The position numbers and the translations under genes are program-made. A stretch of DNA of 64,000 nucleotides from assembly GCA_947650155.1 (NCBI GenBank), contig CANSUS010000006.1, forward strand, positions 15,558 to 79,557, in the 5' to 3' direction. Below, one piece after another: positions 1 through 9,847 of the stretch. Below the pieces are notes generated by a model that worked only from the letters and a program-made list of their open reading frames with translations, was not told the origin of the DNA and did not search any database. The first letter of the stretch is position 1; every line of letters begins with the position of its first letter. Source of the DNA: an uncultured Lachnospiraceae bacterium. GTDB lineage: Bacteria; Bacillota; Clostridia; Lachnospirales; Lachnospiraceae.

Positions 1-1446
1 ACAGAAACCATATATTATGTAAAGGGGGAGGAGAAAGCGACTGCATGTCCTGAAAAAATCAGAAAATTATACCTGCCCTCTTTGGAAAATACGGATGCCA
101 TTATTATTGCGGAGGGAGCCGGAAAAGCGGATCTTGAAAAATCAAAAAATTTTTTGAAGGACTGTTTATATAAAAATGAAATAGAAAGCGAAATTATTTA
201 TTTGGATGAACTGCTAAAAGATGCATATGAGACAGAAATTTATCAAAGAGAAAGGGGAAAGATAAAAGGGAATCAATCTGTATTGCTTTTTAAGAGCAAA
301 TCGCTCTGTTATGATTCCACCAATTATTTTGTAGATCGATTGTCCGACGTTTTTGAAAAGGATGGGTATCATACGGAGATTCTGGATTTTGAAAAAGCAG
401 GAGAAACGGGATTGGAAAATTTATTAACGGGGAAGTACGCGGCAGTTTTTGATTTTAATTCTAATCTCCCGCAGGCGCTTATGGATGATGGAAGGTATTA
501 TCTTGATTGTTTTCATGCCCCGTTTTTTCAAATACTTTTAGATCATCCGCTGTATTTTCATTCCGCATTAAAGGAAAAACTGAAGGAGGAATATGTCTGC
601 TGCATTGATGAAGGCCATGCGGAATATGTGAAAAAATATTATCCTCACGTTAAGGAAGCCTGTCTGATGCCGATTCCGGGGATATATAACGGAGATTTTG
701 AAAATCTGCCGCCGTTTGAAGAAAGAAAAATGGATATTTTTCTTCCGGCGACTTATGAAAGGCCGGAAAAATACGAATGGGAAATTGCACAGGCAATCCC
801 GGATATACAGGATGGCATTTGGGACGTGATCGGACAGATGAAAAAAGATCCGGGTATTTCTATGGAAAAGGCTTTGGAAAATATGCTGGTGCATCAGGAA
901 ATGGACTGTCTGGACAGGAATGGGAAAGCGACGGTTTTTCATGCTCATTTTCTTGCGGATATGTATATCAACGCTTATTATCGGGAAAAGGCCGTGAAGG
1001 AACTTTTAAAAAACGGTGTCAGATTACATGTCTGCGGACAGGGATGGGAGCAGTTTGAAGGAGAAGGAAAAGAAAACCTGACAGTGATTCCGGCAGTGGA
1101 TTTCAAAGAAATCAGCGGACTCATGCAGCAATCGAAAATAGTCTTGAATATAGCATATGCCTTTAAAAACGGATGTCATGACAGAGTACTTAGCACGATG
1201 CTAGCAGGCGCCGTCAGTGTGACTTCCAGAAATCCTTATATGGAGTCGCATTTTGATGAAAATGAGATTGTTTTTTATTCTATGGAAGAACTTGAGAAAC
1301 TGCCAGCGATATTATGCGGACTTCAAAAAGAGGATGAACGGCTTAAAGTACTTGCTCAAAACGGTTATAAAAAGGCGGCGCAAAAGTATACATGGCAGGC
1401 CAGAGCAGAGGAATTTGAAAAATTGTTTTTACGTGTCCTTACATGA
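1..1446 (+). CDS. CgeB-like / family-1-type glycosyltransferase domain protein, 5' end probably outside the window
   Basis: The frame is open from base 1. The track start at 82 is a TTG with no SD. The C-terminal part (HDRVLSTMLAGAVSVTS...YTWQARAEEF) resembles the CgeB/Glyco_trans_1_2 type domain. Confidence 0.55.
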   Translation, partial: TETIYYVKGEEKATACPEKIRKLYLPSLENTDAIIIAEGAGKADLEKSKNFLKDCLYKNEIESEIIYLDELLKDAYETEIYQRERGKIKGNQSVLLFKSKSLCYDSTNYFVDRLSDVFEKDGYHTEILDFEKAGETGLENLLTGKYAAVFDFNSNLPQALMDDGRYYLDCFHAPFFQILLDHPLYFHSALKEKLKEEYVCCIDEGHAEYVKKYYPHVKEACLMPIPGIYNGDFENLPPFEERKMDIFLPATYERPEKYEWEIAQAIPDIQDGIWDVIGQMKKDPGISMEKALENMLVHQEMDCLDRNGKATVFHAHFLADMYINAYYREKAVKELLKNGVRLHVCGQGWEQFEGEGKENLTVIPAVDFKEISGLMQQSKIVLNIAYAFKNGCHDRVLSTMLAGAVSVTSRNPYMESHFDENEIVFYSMEELEKLPAILCGLQKEDERLKVLAQNGYKKAAQKYTWQARAEEFEKLFLRVLT

Positions 1447-1473
1447 ATAATTCCCCAACATTTCCACATACTA
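1445..1473 (+). promoter_or_regulatory. Forespore sigma-G/F-type promoter motif upstream of spoVT
   Basis: GAATA-N17-CATACTA matches the Bacillus sigma-G consensus GHATR-N17/18-CATXHTA. It lies about 50 nt upstream of the spoVT start. Confidence 0.45.
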
Positions 1474-1525
1474 ACTCCATATCACGCTGCAGAAAGCAGA
1501 AAAACAATGGAGGAAATACACAAAT

Positions 1526-2071
1526 ATGAAAGCAACGGGAATTGTTAGAAGAATAGATGATTTGGGACGTATTGTAATACCGAAGGAAATCAGAAGAACG
1601 CTGCGGATCAGAGAAAGCGATCCGTTGGAGATTTTTACAGACAGAGAGGGAGAAATTATTTTAAAAAAATATTCTCCGATCGGTGAAATGAGCACATTTG
1701 CTAAGCAGTATGCGGAGAGCCTTTCACAAGTATCCGGGCATACGGCATTAATTACAGACAGGGATCAGTTTATTGCGGTCTCCGGCGGATATAAACAGGC
1801 GCTTGGGAGGGCAATCAGCAGAGACTTAGAGGAAAAGATAAACAATAGAGAAAATGTAGTCGCTACCAAGGGAGACAGAAATTTTATATCGGTTTTTGCA
1901 GAAGGAAACGAGGATTATGTACATGAGGCAGTCAGCCCTATTATTTGTGAGGGAGATGTGATCGGCTCCGTCGTATTGATCGAAAACGACAACAAGTCCA
2001 AAATGGGAGAAGTGGAGCAGAAGCTGATTTTATCGGCAGCAGGGTTTCTTGGCAGGCAGATGGAACAGTGA
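1526..2071 (+). CDS. spoVT: Stage V sporulation protein T (AbrB-family SpoVT)
   Basis: The N-terminus MKATGIVRRIDDLGRIVIPKEIRRTLRI is the AbrB/SpoVT swapped-hairpin DNA-binding motif. Length is 181 aa with a GAF-like C-terminus. SD is GGAGGA. Confidence 0.9.
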   Translation: MKATGIVRRIDDLGRIVIPKEIRRTLRIRESDPLEIFTDREGEIILKKYSPIGEMSTFAKQYAESLSQVSGHTALITDRDQFIAVSGGYKQALGRAISRDLEEKINNRENVVATKGDRNFISVFAEGNEDYVHEAVSPIICEGDVIGSVVLIENDNKSKMGEVEQKLILSAAGFLGRQMEQ

Positions 2072-2165
2072 CAAAAAGAAAAATTGACATACCTAGATAT
2101 TCTATGTATAATATAAAGCATAGATTGTCTAGGTATTTTTGTATGGTGAGAAGGGAGGAAGGCGA

Positions 2166-2552
2166 ATGGATAAGAAAATGATGGCAATGGGAACTTCCAT
2201 GCTGATTTTGAAACTGTTGGAAACAAAGGATATGTATGGCTATCAGATGATAAAGGAACTGGAGGAAAGAAGTGAAAATATTTTTTCCCTGAAGGAGGGC
2301 ACACTTTATCCAATTCTACATAATCTGGAAAAAAACGGGGATATTGAAAGCTTTGAGAAAACTTCTGAAACAGGAAGAATACGGAAATATTATCATATTA
2401 CGAAAAGCGGGAGCAGAGCGTTAGCACAAAAACAGGAAGAGTGGGGAACTTTTCGCAGTGCGGTAGAAAAAGTACTAAAAGCACCGGTGTATGAGAGTGT
2501 GTTTGATGCACTTATAGAAAAAGGAGGCAGCATGTATGGGATTTTGCGTTAA
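2166..2552 (+). CDS. PadR family transcriptional regulator
   Basis: ILKLL...MYGYQMIKELEERS...LKEGTLYPILHNLEKNGDIES is the PadR winged-helix signature. The start is moved to the ATG behind SD AGGGAGGAAGG. Confidence 0.85.
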   Translation: MDKKMMAMGTSMLILKLLETKDMYGYQMIKELEERSENIFSLKEGTLYPILHNLEKNGDIESFEKTSETGRIRKYYHITKSGSRALAQKQEEWGTFRSAVEKVLKAPVYESVFDALIEKGGSMYGILR

Positions 2553-4062
2553 CGAAGAAGATTGTGTAAAAGAATTTATGAGCGCTGTGCAGGAACAGAT
2601 CAGTTATAAACCGATCAGAAAAACAGCATGTAAAGAGTTGGAAAATCATCTTGAAGATAAAGCGGAAGAGTACATAAAATCGGGAATGAGTAATGAACTG
2701 GCTGTATTGCAGGCAGTAAAGGAAATGGGCGATCCTGTGACAGTAGGGGTAAAACTGAACGAATCTTATTCCCTGCAGAAGGAGTATAAGCTTTTAGGGC
2801 TGATTTTGCTTTCCGTATTCGGAGGTATTCTTTCAAACTTTGTATATGGATATGATGTTTTCTATTCTTCTTACTTTTATCTTGGCGTGGCAGTTCTTTT
2901 AGTAGTAACGGTTTATGGATATCGGTTTTGTGTGATACATAGAAAATTATTAACGGCAGTCGCCATCCTATATGGTTTTGTATGGAGCGGATATGGCATT
3001 ATTAGCGGAATATTAAGAATGAAGGGACTGCCCGGCATCAGTGAAATATTATGGAGGTGGAATGCGGACAGTGAGGGAATTTTTTCAGAATTATTTTCGG
3101 AACTGATGCTCCGATTATTTTCGATGACAGTTCAGTTTAATGGAATGTTTTTCATGATTCCATTTTGTGTGATACTGATTTTTCCCAGAGCGGATGCGGG
3201 GGATAAAAAGAAGCAGACGGCGGGGCTTATCCTTTCCGGTGTATTTGTATTTGCCGTAACGGTCAGTACTGCATTAGGTCCGACGGCACATTATCTGCTT
3301 TCGGCAGTCAGTATTGTGATTGTTTCTTATTTGGCGCTTTCCATAGCGGCTGCATGGAAGAAGAAAAATATCCTGATTCCAATCCTGTTCTCGTTGGCTT
3401 GTTTTTTATTTTTGTTTACCTATAACGGCGCCGGATTACATAAAAGTATAGAGCTTTTTGCGACGCCCGAAAAACAGGCGGTAAGTATCTGGGAGGACGG
3501 CTATAATGGCGTTTTAATCAAAGAATTGCTGGGACGATCCAGGCCTGTGGGCAGTGTCAGCCTGACGGAGGAGGAAATCAGAAATTATGCCACCGGTGAC
3601 TGGTATTTCACAGGAGAAAAAGACTTTAAAATGCCTTCCTATATTGAGGAAAAGACGCAGATAGAGGATATTCTGCCGCAGCATTATTTGAATAACTATC
3701 GGATCGCTTATGTGATCATTCGATACGGATGGGTGGCAGGCTGCCTGTTTTTGGCAGGTCTGGCGGGACTGATTGCACTGCTTTTTTATACCACATTTCA
3801 AATAAAGAACCGGCTTGGATTCTTACTGGCATTTGGCAGCAGCATGGCGCTTAGTATGCAGATATTGATTTATATATTGGGAAATTTCGGACATCAATTA
3901 GGGAACTTTCCGAATCTGCCTTTTATCTCGGAAGGAATTGTAAGTATTATTGTGAATATGACGCTGGCAGGAATCATTTTATCTGCGTACCGATACGACA
4001 GGGTAATTGGGGAGCAGTCTGCAACGACATGGAAGACAGGGAGGAAGGCACAAAAGGTTTAG
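2536..4062 (+). CDS. Polytopic membrane protein: PadR-partner N-terminal helical domain plus a degenerate SEDS (FtsW/RodA)-like C-terminal region
   Basis: It overlaps the end of the PadR gene, suggesting coupling. It has many hydrophobic helices. The C-terminal NLPFISEGIVSIIVNMTLAGIILS resembles the SEDS PLPF(V/I)SYGGSS block, but with substitutions. Confidence 0.5.
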   Translation: MGFCVNEEDCVKEFMSAVQEQISYKPIRKTACKELENHLEDKAEEYIKSGMSNELAVLQAVKEMGDPVTVGVKLNESYSLQKEYKLLGLILLSVFGGILSNFVYGYDVFYSSYFYLGVAVLLVVTVYGYRFCVIHRKLLTAVAILYGFVWSGYGIISGILRMKGLPGISEILWRWNADSEGIFSELFSELMLRLFSMTVQFNGMFFMIPFCVILIFPRADAGDKKKQTAGLILSGVFVFAVTVSTALGPTAHYLLSAVSIVIVSYLALSIAAAWKKKNILIPILFSLACFLFLFTYNGAGLHKSIELFATPEKQAVSIWEDGYNGVLIKELLGRSRPVGSVSLTEEEIRNYATGDWYFTGEKDFKMPSYIEEKTQIEDILPQHYLNNYRIAYVIIRYGWVAGCLFLAGLAGLIALLFYTTFQIKNRLGFLLAFGSSMALSMQILIYILGNFGHQLGNFPNLPFISEGIVSIIVNMTLAGIILSAYRYDRVIGEQSATTWKTGRKAQKV

Positions 4063-4164
4063 ACTTTATTCATTGTAATATCTACCCGTATATGATACAC
4101 TTTGAATAGTATTTTATCAATGATTGATCCGGTTTCAATTGTAAATTGGATATGGAGTATATTT

Positions 4165-6096
4165 ATGAGAAAGATTGCTCTTATAATGGACGGGTGGAAA
4201 CGTTTTTTTACTTATGCATGGCCGGCTGGAATATTAGAGAGGATTCATGAAACAAATGAAGATGTGAATCTCTATATTTTTACCAGTTCTGGAAACTGGA
4301 GTAAGGATGAGGATTATACAACAGGCGAATACAATATTTACAGACTTCCGAAACTGGATGAGTTTGATGGTATTATTTTAGATTTGGATAATATTATCTG
4401 TCAGGATGTGCAGGAAGAATTGATAAAAAGAATAGACAAACTGGATGTGCCGGTCATTTCTATCGGAAAAGAGGCTTCGGATTTTTATTATGTTGGCATC
4501 AATAATTATAAAGCCATGAAAGAGGTTATCAGGCATTTGCACCAGCATCATAAATGCCGGAAATACTGGTTTATAATGGGGCCAAAAGGCAATTATGAAA
4601 ACGAGCAGCGGATGAGAGCGCTTAAGGATTATATGGCAGAAGAGGGGATTCCTTTTTCTGAGGATGAATTTTATCTTGAAAGTTTTGAATATCAGTGCGG
4701 TGTGAATGGATTTAAATATTTGTATGAGAAATATCATTTTCTGCCGGAAGCAGTTATTTGCGGAAATGATAATATTGCAGTAGGTGTATGTGAAGCGGCA
4801 GGAGCATATGGCTATACGGCTCCCCGGGATTTTTTAATTACAGGTTTTGATAATTTTGATAAGGCAGCATATTATGTTCCTCAAATTGCTACAGTGGAGC
4901 ATAACAGGGAAGAAGTCGGTTACTGCTGTGTCGATTTGTTTTTGCGTTTGTGGGCAGGTGAAAATGTATCCAGATTTCATTATACGAAAGCGGAAGGAAT
5001 CTTCTGGGGAAGCTGTGGATGCAGGAATGAGATTGAGCTGGATGCACGTGAGCATCTGAAAAATCAAATTCTATATGGAATTGAGTCGGATGAATTTGAC
5101 GAAGAAGTGCTTTTTCTGGAATATGAGTTGATGCAGTGCAGTACTGTAAAGGAAATGATGAACTGTATTCCACAGTGTATTCCATCTATGCGTTGTGATG
5201 CCATGTATCTGATTTTGGATGATCATATTAATGCATTTAAAAAGCATCCTGAACTATACATTAATCAGCAGTTAGATGATGAAGGTTTTTGTACGACAGG
5301 TTATCCTGATACAATGAGGGTAAGTTTTGCTTATGAAGACGGAAAAGTACTTGACACAGAGGACATGACGATCCAAAATATTTTCCCAATGTTTGATTAC
5401 AGGGAAGGCGGAAAAAATTTTCTGTTTCTTCCATTACATTTTCGGAGTAAGACTGTGGGATATTTTGTAATCCGCAATGCTGTTTATCTAATGGAAAAAC
5501 AGTATCTTTTCCAGATTATAAAAACGCTTACTACGGCAATAGAGAATTTACATAAAAAAGAAAAACTGGAATATATGAACCAGATGTTGTCAGAACTATA
5601 TATCAGAGACGCGATGACGGGGATGTATAACCGTTTTGGCTATCAGAGTCTGGCAGCGGAGTATTTTACAAGGATGCATGAGAACAAAGAGAGCATTCTT
5701 ATTATGTTTATTGATTTGGACAGGTTAAAATATATTAATGATAATTTTGGACATGAATGGGGCGACTTTGCTATTATAAGAACTGCCAAAACCATTATGA
5801 AGTACTGTGATAAAGAAGCGATTCCTGCCAGAACCGGAGGGGATGAATTTGTACTTGTCCAACGAAGCATACCACGGGAAGAAGCGGAGAAGATGATACA
5901 GAATATCCGACAGGAGCTGACAGAGATTTCCGCGAAAGAAAAGGCGCCTTTTGGTTTGAGCGTCAGCGTAGGCATGACGATTACATCCCCGGAGAGTGGA
6001 AAAACTATGGAAGAGTACGTCAGGGAAGCGGATGAGATTATGTATCAGGAAAAGACTGCCAAAAGAATGGAGCGGAAGTCGGAACGGGAACGCTAA
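4165..6096 (+). CDS. Diguanylate cyclase (GGDEF) with an N-terminal LacI/PBP1-type sugar-binding-like domain
   Basis: The C-terminus has DAMTGMYNRFGY...FIDLDRLKYINDNFGHEWGD...RTGGDEFVLV (GGDEF). The N-terminal ~300 aa look like a periplasmic-binding-protein type I fold, with no signal peptide. The start is moved to the ATG behind a GGAG SD. Confidence 0.8.
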   Translation: MRKIALIMDGWKRFFTYAWPAGILERIHETNEDVNLYIFTSSGNWSKDEDYTTGEYNIYRLPKLDEFDGIILDLDNIICQDVQEELIKRIDKLDVPVISIGKEASDFYYVGINNYKAMKEVIRHLHQHHKCRKYWFIMGPKGNYENEQRMRALKDYMAEEGIPFSEDEFYLESFEYQCGVNGFKYLYEKYHFLPEAVICGNDNIAVGVCEAAGAYGYTAPRDFLITGFDNFDKAAYYVPQIATVEHNREEVGYCCVDLFLRLWAGENVSRFHYTKAEGIFWGSCGCRNEIELDAREHLKNQILYGIESDEFDEEVLFLEYELMQCSTVKEMMNCIPQCIPSMRCDAMYLILDDHINAFKKHPELYINQQLDDEGFCTTGYPDTMRVSFAYEDGKVLDTEDMTIQNIFPMFDYREGGKNFLFLPLHFRSKTVGYFVIRNAVYLMEKQYLFQIIKTLTTAIENLHKKEKLEYMNQMLSELYIRDAMTGMYNRFGYQSLAAEYFTRMHENKESILIMFIDLDRLKYINDNFGHEWGDFAIIRTAKTIMKYCDKEAIPARTGGDEFVLVQRSIPREEAEKMIQNIRQELTEISAKEKAPFGLSVSVGMTITSPESGKTMEEYVREADEIMYQEKTAKRMERKSERER

Positions 6097-6143
6097 AAAT
6101 GCAAATGGACCTGAAAATGAGGATTAGAGATTTTGAAAAGATT

Positions 6144-6169
6144 ACAGCCGCTTTTTAAAAAGCGGCTGT
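6144..6169. terminator. Bidirectional intrinsic terminator between convergent genes
   Basis: Perfect hairpin ACAGCCGCTTTTT/AAAAAGCGGCTGT with A/T runs on both sides. Confidence 0.8.
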
Positions 6170-6205
6170 AAAAATATTTGTAATGTCTTATTATAGAAAA
6201 TGCTG

Positions 6206-7660
6206 TTATAATTTATTCATCTGGCTTAAAAGTTCAATCTTCGTATCATAAAGTTTCTGGGAGAGATCCACATATACTTCATGGGGATTTACAAGTCTTC
6301 TTGTTTCCTCCCAGAGCGTATTTAATTCTTTTTGACAATATTCCCTGATTTCCATTGTTTTTGGGGATGTATACACACATTCCCCATTTAAAAATACAGG
6401 CGTCAAAATTTCACGGAGGATATAACTGCCGGCTTCTAAGCGCGTGTGTTTCCAGGGTTCTATTGGATCAAATAAAAGCAGGCTGTTTTCTTCAGAAAAA
6501 TGTTCTTCTTTCAGACAGATCAAATCGGCTTTTATTTTGCCGGATTCTTTTTCATAAATACGATATATTGTTTTATTCCCCGGATTGGTTACCTTTTCTG
6601 AATTTTCGGAGAGTTTAATCTTAGGAATGAATGTACCGCTCTCATCCCGGATTGCTGCAAGTTTGTATACGCCGCCAAAGGAAGGGTTGTCCTTGGAGGT
6701 GATCAGATTTGTACCAACACCCCATGAAGTGATAGCGGCGCCCTGCGTTTTTAAGCTGTCGATCAGAAATTCATCCAGATCGTTGGAGGCAGAAATAACT
6801 GCGTCTGTAAATCCGGCTTCGTCCAACATTTTTCTTGCACGTTTGGAAAGATATGCAAGATCACCGCTGTCCAGGCGAATACCATAATTATCAAGAGTAA
6901 TGCCGTTTTCCCGCATTTCACGAAATACCCGGATGGCATTGGGAATGCCGGACTTTAAGGTGTCGTAGGTATCTACTAAAAGGATACAGGCGTGAGGATA
7001 CATATCTGCATAGGTTTTAAATGCAGTATATTCATCAGGAAAACTCATAATCCAACTATGCGCATGAGTACCCTTGACCGGTACATCAAACAGCTGTCCG
7101 CAAAGCACATTAGAAGTGCCGACACAGCCGCCGATGACTGCGGCTCTTGCACCAAGGACTCCAGCGTCCGGTCCCTGCGCACGGCGCAGACCAAATTCCA
7201 TAATGCCGTCGCCTTTTGCGGCATAACATACTCTGGAGGCTTTGGTAGCAATCAGGCTTTGATGATTGATAATATTTAAAATAGCAGTTTCTACAAGCTG
7301 CGCTTCCATAATCGGTGCAATGACTTTGACCATTGGCTCCCTTGGAAACATGACAGTGCCTTCCGGAATGGCATAGATATCGCCGGAGAATTTAAAATCT
7401 TTTAAGTAAGTCAGAAAATCATCTTCAAAAATACCCAGACTTTTCAGATAATCAATATCTTCTTTATCAAAATGCAGATCCTTTATATATTGGATGATCT
7501 GTTCCAGACCGGCGGAAATGGCATAACCGCCGCCACAGGGATTGGTACGGAAAAAAGCGTCAAAAATAACGGTCTCATTGCGGTCTTTGTGTTTAAAATA
7601 CCCCTGCATCATTGTCAATTCATAAAGATCAGTTAGAAGTGTCAGATTTTGTCTGTCCAT
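6206..7660 (-). CDS. pncB: Nicotinate phosphoribosyltransferase
   Basis: LLTDLYELTMMQGYF N-terminus. Length (484 aa) and overall pattern are typical of NAPRTase. Confidence 0.9.
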   Translation of the reverse strand: MDRQNLTLLTDLYELTMMQGYFKHKDRNETVIFDAFFRTNPCGGGYAISAGLEQIIQYIKDLHFDKEDIDYLKSLGIFEDDFLTYLKDFKFSGDIYAIPEGTVMFPREPMVKVIAPIMEAQLVETAILNIINHQSLIATKASRVCYAAKGDGIMEFGLRRAQGPDAGVLGARAAVIGGCVGTSNVLCGQLFDVPVKGTHAHSWIMSFPDEYTAFKTYADMYPHACILLVDTYDTLKSGIPNAIRVFREMRENGITLDNYGIRLDSGDLAYLSKRARKMLDEAGFTDAVISASNDLDEFLIDSLKTQGAAITSWGVGTNLITSKDNPSFGGVYKLAAIRDESGTFIPKIKLSENSEKVTNPGNKTIYRIYEKESGKIKADLICLKEEHFSEENSLLLFDPIEPWKHTRLEAGSYILREILTPVFLNGECVYTSPKTMEIREYCQKELNTLWEETRRLVNPHEVYVDLSQKLYDTKIELLSQMNKL

Positions 7661-7795
7661 GAGAAAACCTCCCTAAAATTTTATCATTATTATAGCACAT
7701 AATTACGTAAATGTTATTATAATATTAAATTGTAAACAACCAGTACTTTGAGTATAATAATGAAATAGATAGAAAGAAAAGGAGGATCTATTTAA

Positions 7796-9043
7796 ATGGG
7801 AAGCAAACGCAATATTATTGTAGGACAGTCAGGCGGTCCGACAGCCGTCATTAATTCCAGTCTGGCAGGGGTGTACAAAACTGCAAAAGAAAGAGGATTT
7901 GATAAAGTATACGGGATGCTGCACGGAGTGCAGGGTTTTTTGGATGAGCAGTATGTGGATTTATCTACCCAGATACACAGCGATATTGATATTGAACTGT
8001 TAAAGCGTACTCCTTCGGCTTTTTTGGGTTCCTGCCGGTATAAACTGCCGGAGATCCATGAAAATCCGGAAATCTATGAGAAGCTGTTTCAGATCATGGA
8101 TAAACTGGAGATCGAAGCCTTTATTTATATTGGCGGGAATGATTCTATGGATACCATTAAAAAGTTATCCGATTACGCCATTGTGAAAGGACATCCACAG
8201 AAGTTTCTTGGGGTTCCAAAAACGATAGACAATGATCTGGCTCTTACGGATCATACGCCTGGATTTGGAAGCGCTGCAAAGTATATTGCTGCTTCTACAA
8301 AGGAGATCATCAGGGATGCTTTAGGGCTTACTTATAACAGCGAATCCATTACAGTGATTGAAATAATGGGACGGAATGCCGGATGGCTGACCGGTGCGTC
8401 CGCTCTTGCAAAGACAGAAGAATGCGACGGACCGGACGCTATTTATCTGCCGGAAGTGGTCTTTGACATTGACAAGTTCTTAAAAAAGACAAAAGAGTTA
8501 TTAGCGAAGAAAAAATCAATTGTAATTGCCGTATCAGAGGGGATTAAGCTGGCGGATGGACGATATGTCTGCGAATTATCGGGCGGTTCAGATTATGTGG
8601 ATGCCTTTGGGCATAAGCAGCTTCAGGGAACGGCGGCATATCTTGCGAATTATCTGGGTGCGGAAATCGGATGCAAGACGAGAAGTATTGAGTTTTCCAC
8701 ATTGCAGAGAAGCGCATCTCATATGGCTTCTCGTGTGGATGTGGATGAGGCGTTTATGGTAGGGGGCGCTGCCGTGAAAGCAGCAGATGAGGGAGATAAC
8801 GGGAAAATGGTAGTTATTGACCGTGTCTCTGATGATCCTTATCAAAGCGCTGCAGGCATTTATGATGTTCACAGAATTGCAAATCATGAGAAATTGGTTC
8901 CCCGTTCATGGATGAATGAAGAAGGGGATTATGTAACACAGGAATTTATCAATTATATAGAGCCATTGATTCATGGAGATTATCAGCCGTTTATGGTAAA
9001 TGGTCTGCCAAGACATTTGGTTCTGAAGCAGGATAGACAGTAG
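7796..9043 (+). CDS. pfp: Phosphofructokinase, probably PPi-dependent (diphosphate--fructose-6-phosphate 1-phosphotransferase type)
   Basis: PFK family motifs GQSGGPTAVIN, IGGNDS and PKTIDNDL are present. Asp in GGxD and Lys in PKTIDND are the residues associated with PPi use rather than ATP use. Length is 415 aa. Confidence 0.8.
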   Translation: MGSKRNIIVGQSGGPTAVINSSLAGVYKTAKERGFDKVYGMLHGVQGFLDEQYVDLSTQIHSDIDIELLKRTPSAFLGSCRYKLPEIHENPEIYEKLFQIMDKLEIEAFIYIGGNDSMDTIKKLSDYAIVKGHPQKFLGVPKTIDNDLALTDHTPGFGSAAKYIAASTKEIIRDALGLTYNSESITVIEIMGRNAGWLTGASALAKTEECDGPDAIYLPEVVFDIDKFLKKTKELLAKKKSIVIAVSEGIKLADGRYVCELSGGSDYVDAFGHKQLQGTAAYLANYLGAEIGCKTRSIEFSTLQRSASHMASRVDVDEAFMVGGAAVKAADEGDNGKMVVIDRVSDDPYQSAAGIYDVHRIANHEKLVPRSWMNEEGDYVTQEFINYIEPLIHGDYQPFMVNGLPRHLVLKQDRQ

Positions 9044-9237
9044 ATTCAGGAGAAGCGTAGTACAGCAGTTTGGGTTTTAGATTGTGATAAAATGAAAGAG
9101 GTCATAAATGAAACCGGACTGCTGTAAATTATCGCTTTTTTATGGGTTTGTCGATAGTGGCGAAACATGCATCATAAAAGGTACTACGAAAGAGGATTGC
9201 TGTTATAAATATGTTTTTGAATAAAGGAGCAATGACA

Positions 9238-9846
9238 ATGAGGATAATAAGAGGCCGGAAATTAAAATTTAACGTTTTTGTTGGCTGCTTTGTTACAATT
9301 TTCATAATAGCATTGTCAGCATGGCTGCTGATGAATCGTACAAATAATGTTTTTGAGGAGATGTATTATTCGGAGTATCCGTCTTTTTTTGCCGGTATTA
9401 CCAAAACATCAATGAGAAATATAGATGATTTGATATTATATCCTGAAGATTTTGTAAAAGAACTTGACGGAAAAGCAGTGCCTTACCTTATCCCGCTGGA
9501 AGTAGTGGATGGGGTGATGATCGAAGTAGAGAAAGGCAAAGGTTTATTATTTGGGAAAGTTATTTCTAATGATAATTATACACTGATTTGTAAATATAAA
9601 TATGTGGTGGAGGAAAAAACATTATATTTTGAAGTTCATTTTAAAGAAAAGGATACGGAAGAAATCATGGATGATGAAACAGAAATCTGGCTGGCATTTT
9701 TAGAGGATCGGGGGATGGAAAATGTGTCTATAGAAGAACTCAGGGAAAAGGTATTAAATGAAACAGTAGAAAAATGGCTTGCGGGAAATGAGAAGAGTAA
9801 GTTTACTATGGAAGATTGGGGAGAGTTTAAAGTTGCATATCAATAA
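9238..9846 (+). CDS. Hypothetical membrane-anchored protein, tandem paralog A
   Basis: N-terminal TM helix. It aligns end to end with the next ORF (...EKWLAGNEKSKFTMEDWGEFKVAYQ). Confidence 0.7.
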   Translation: MRIIRGRKLKFNVFVGCFVTIFIIALSAWLLMNRTNNVFEEMYYSEYPSFFAGITKTSMRNIDDLILYPEDFVKELDGKAVPYLIPLEVVDGVMIEVEKGKGLLFGKVISNDNYTLICKYKYVVEEKTLYFEVHFKEKDTEEIMDDETEIWLAFLEDRGMENVSIEELREKVLNETVEKWLAGNEKSKFTMEDWGEFKVAYQ

Positions 9847-9847
9847 T

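Noticed and set aside
9060-9150. An 11-bp long-range stem (CAGCAGUUUGG/CCGGACUGCUG) with a 38-nt loop and an embedded 11-codon ORF downstream of the PFK gene.
   Set aside because: It is most simply the PFK transcription terminator region, since a T-tract follows at about 9145. The mini-ORF has no SD.
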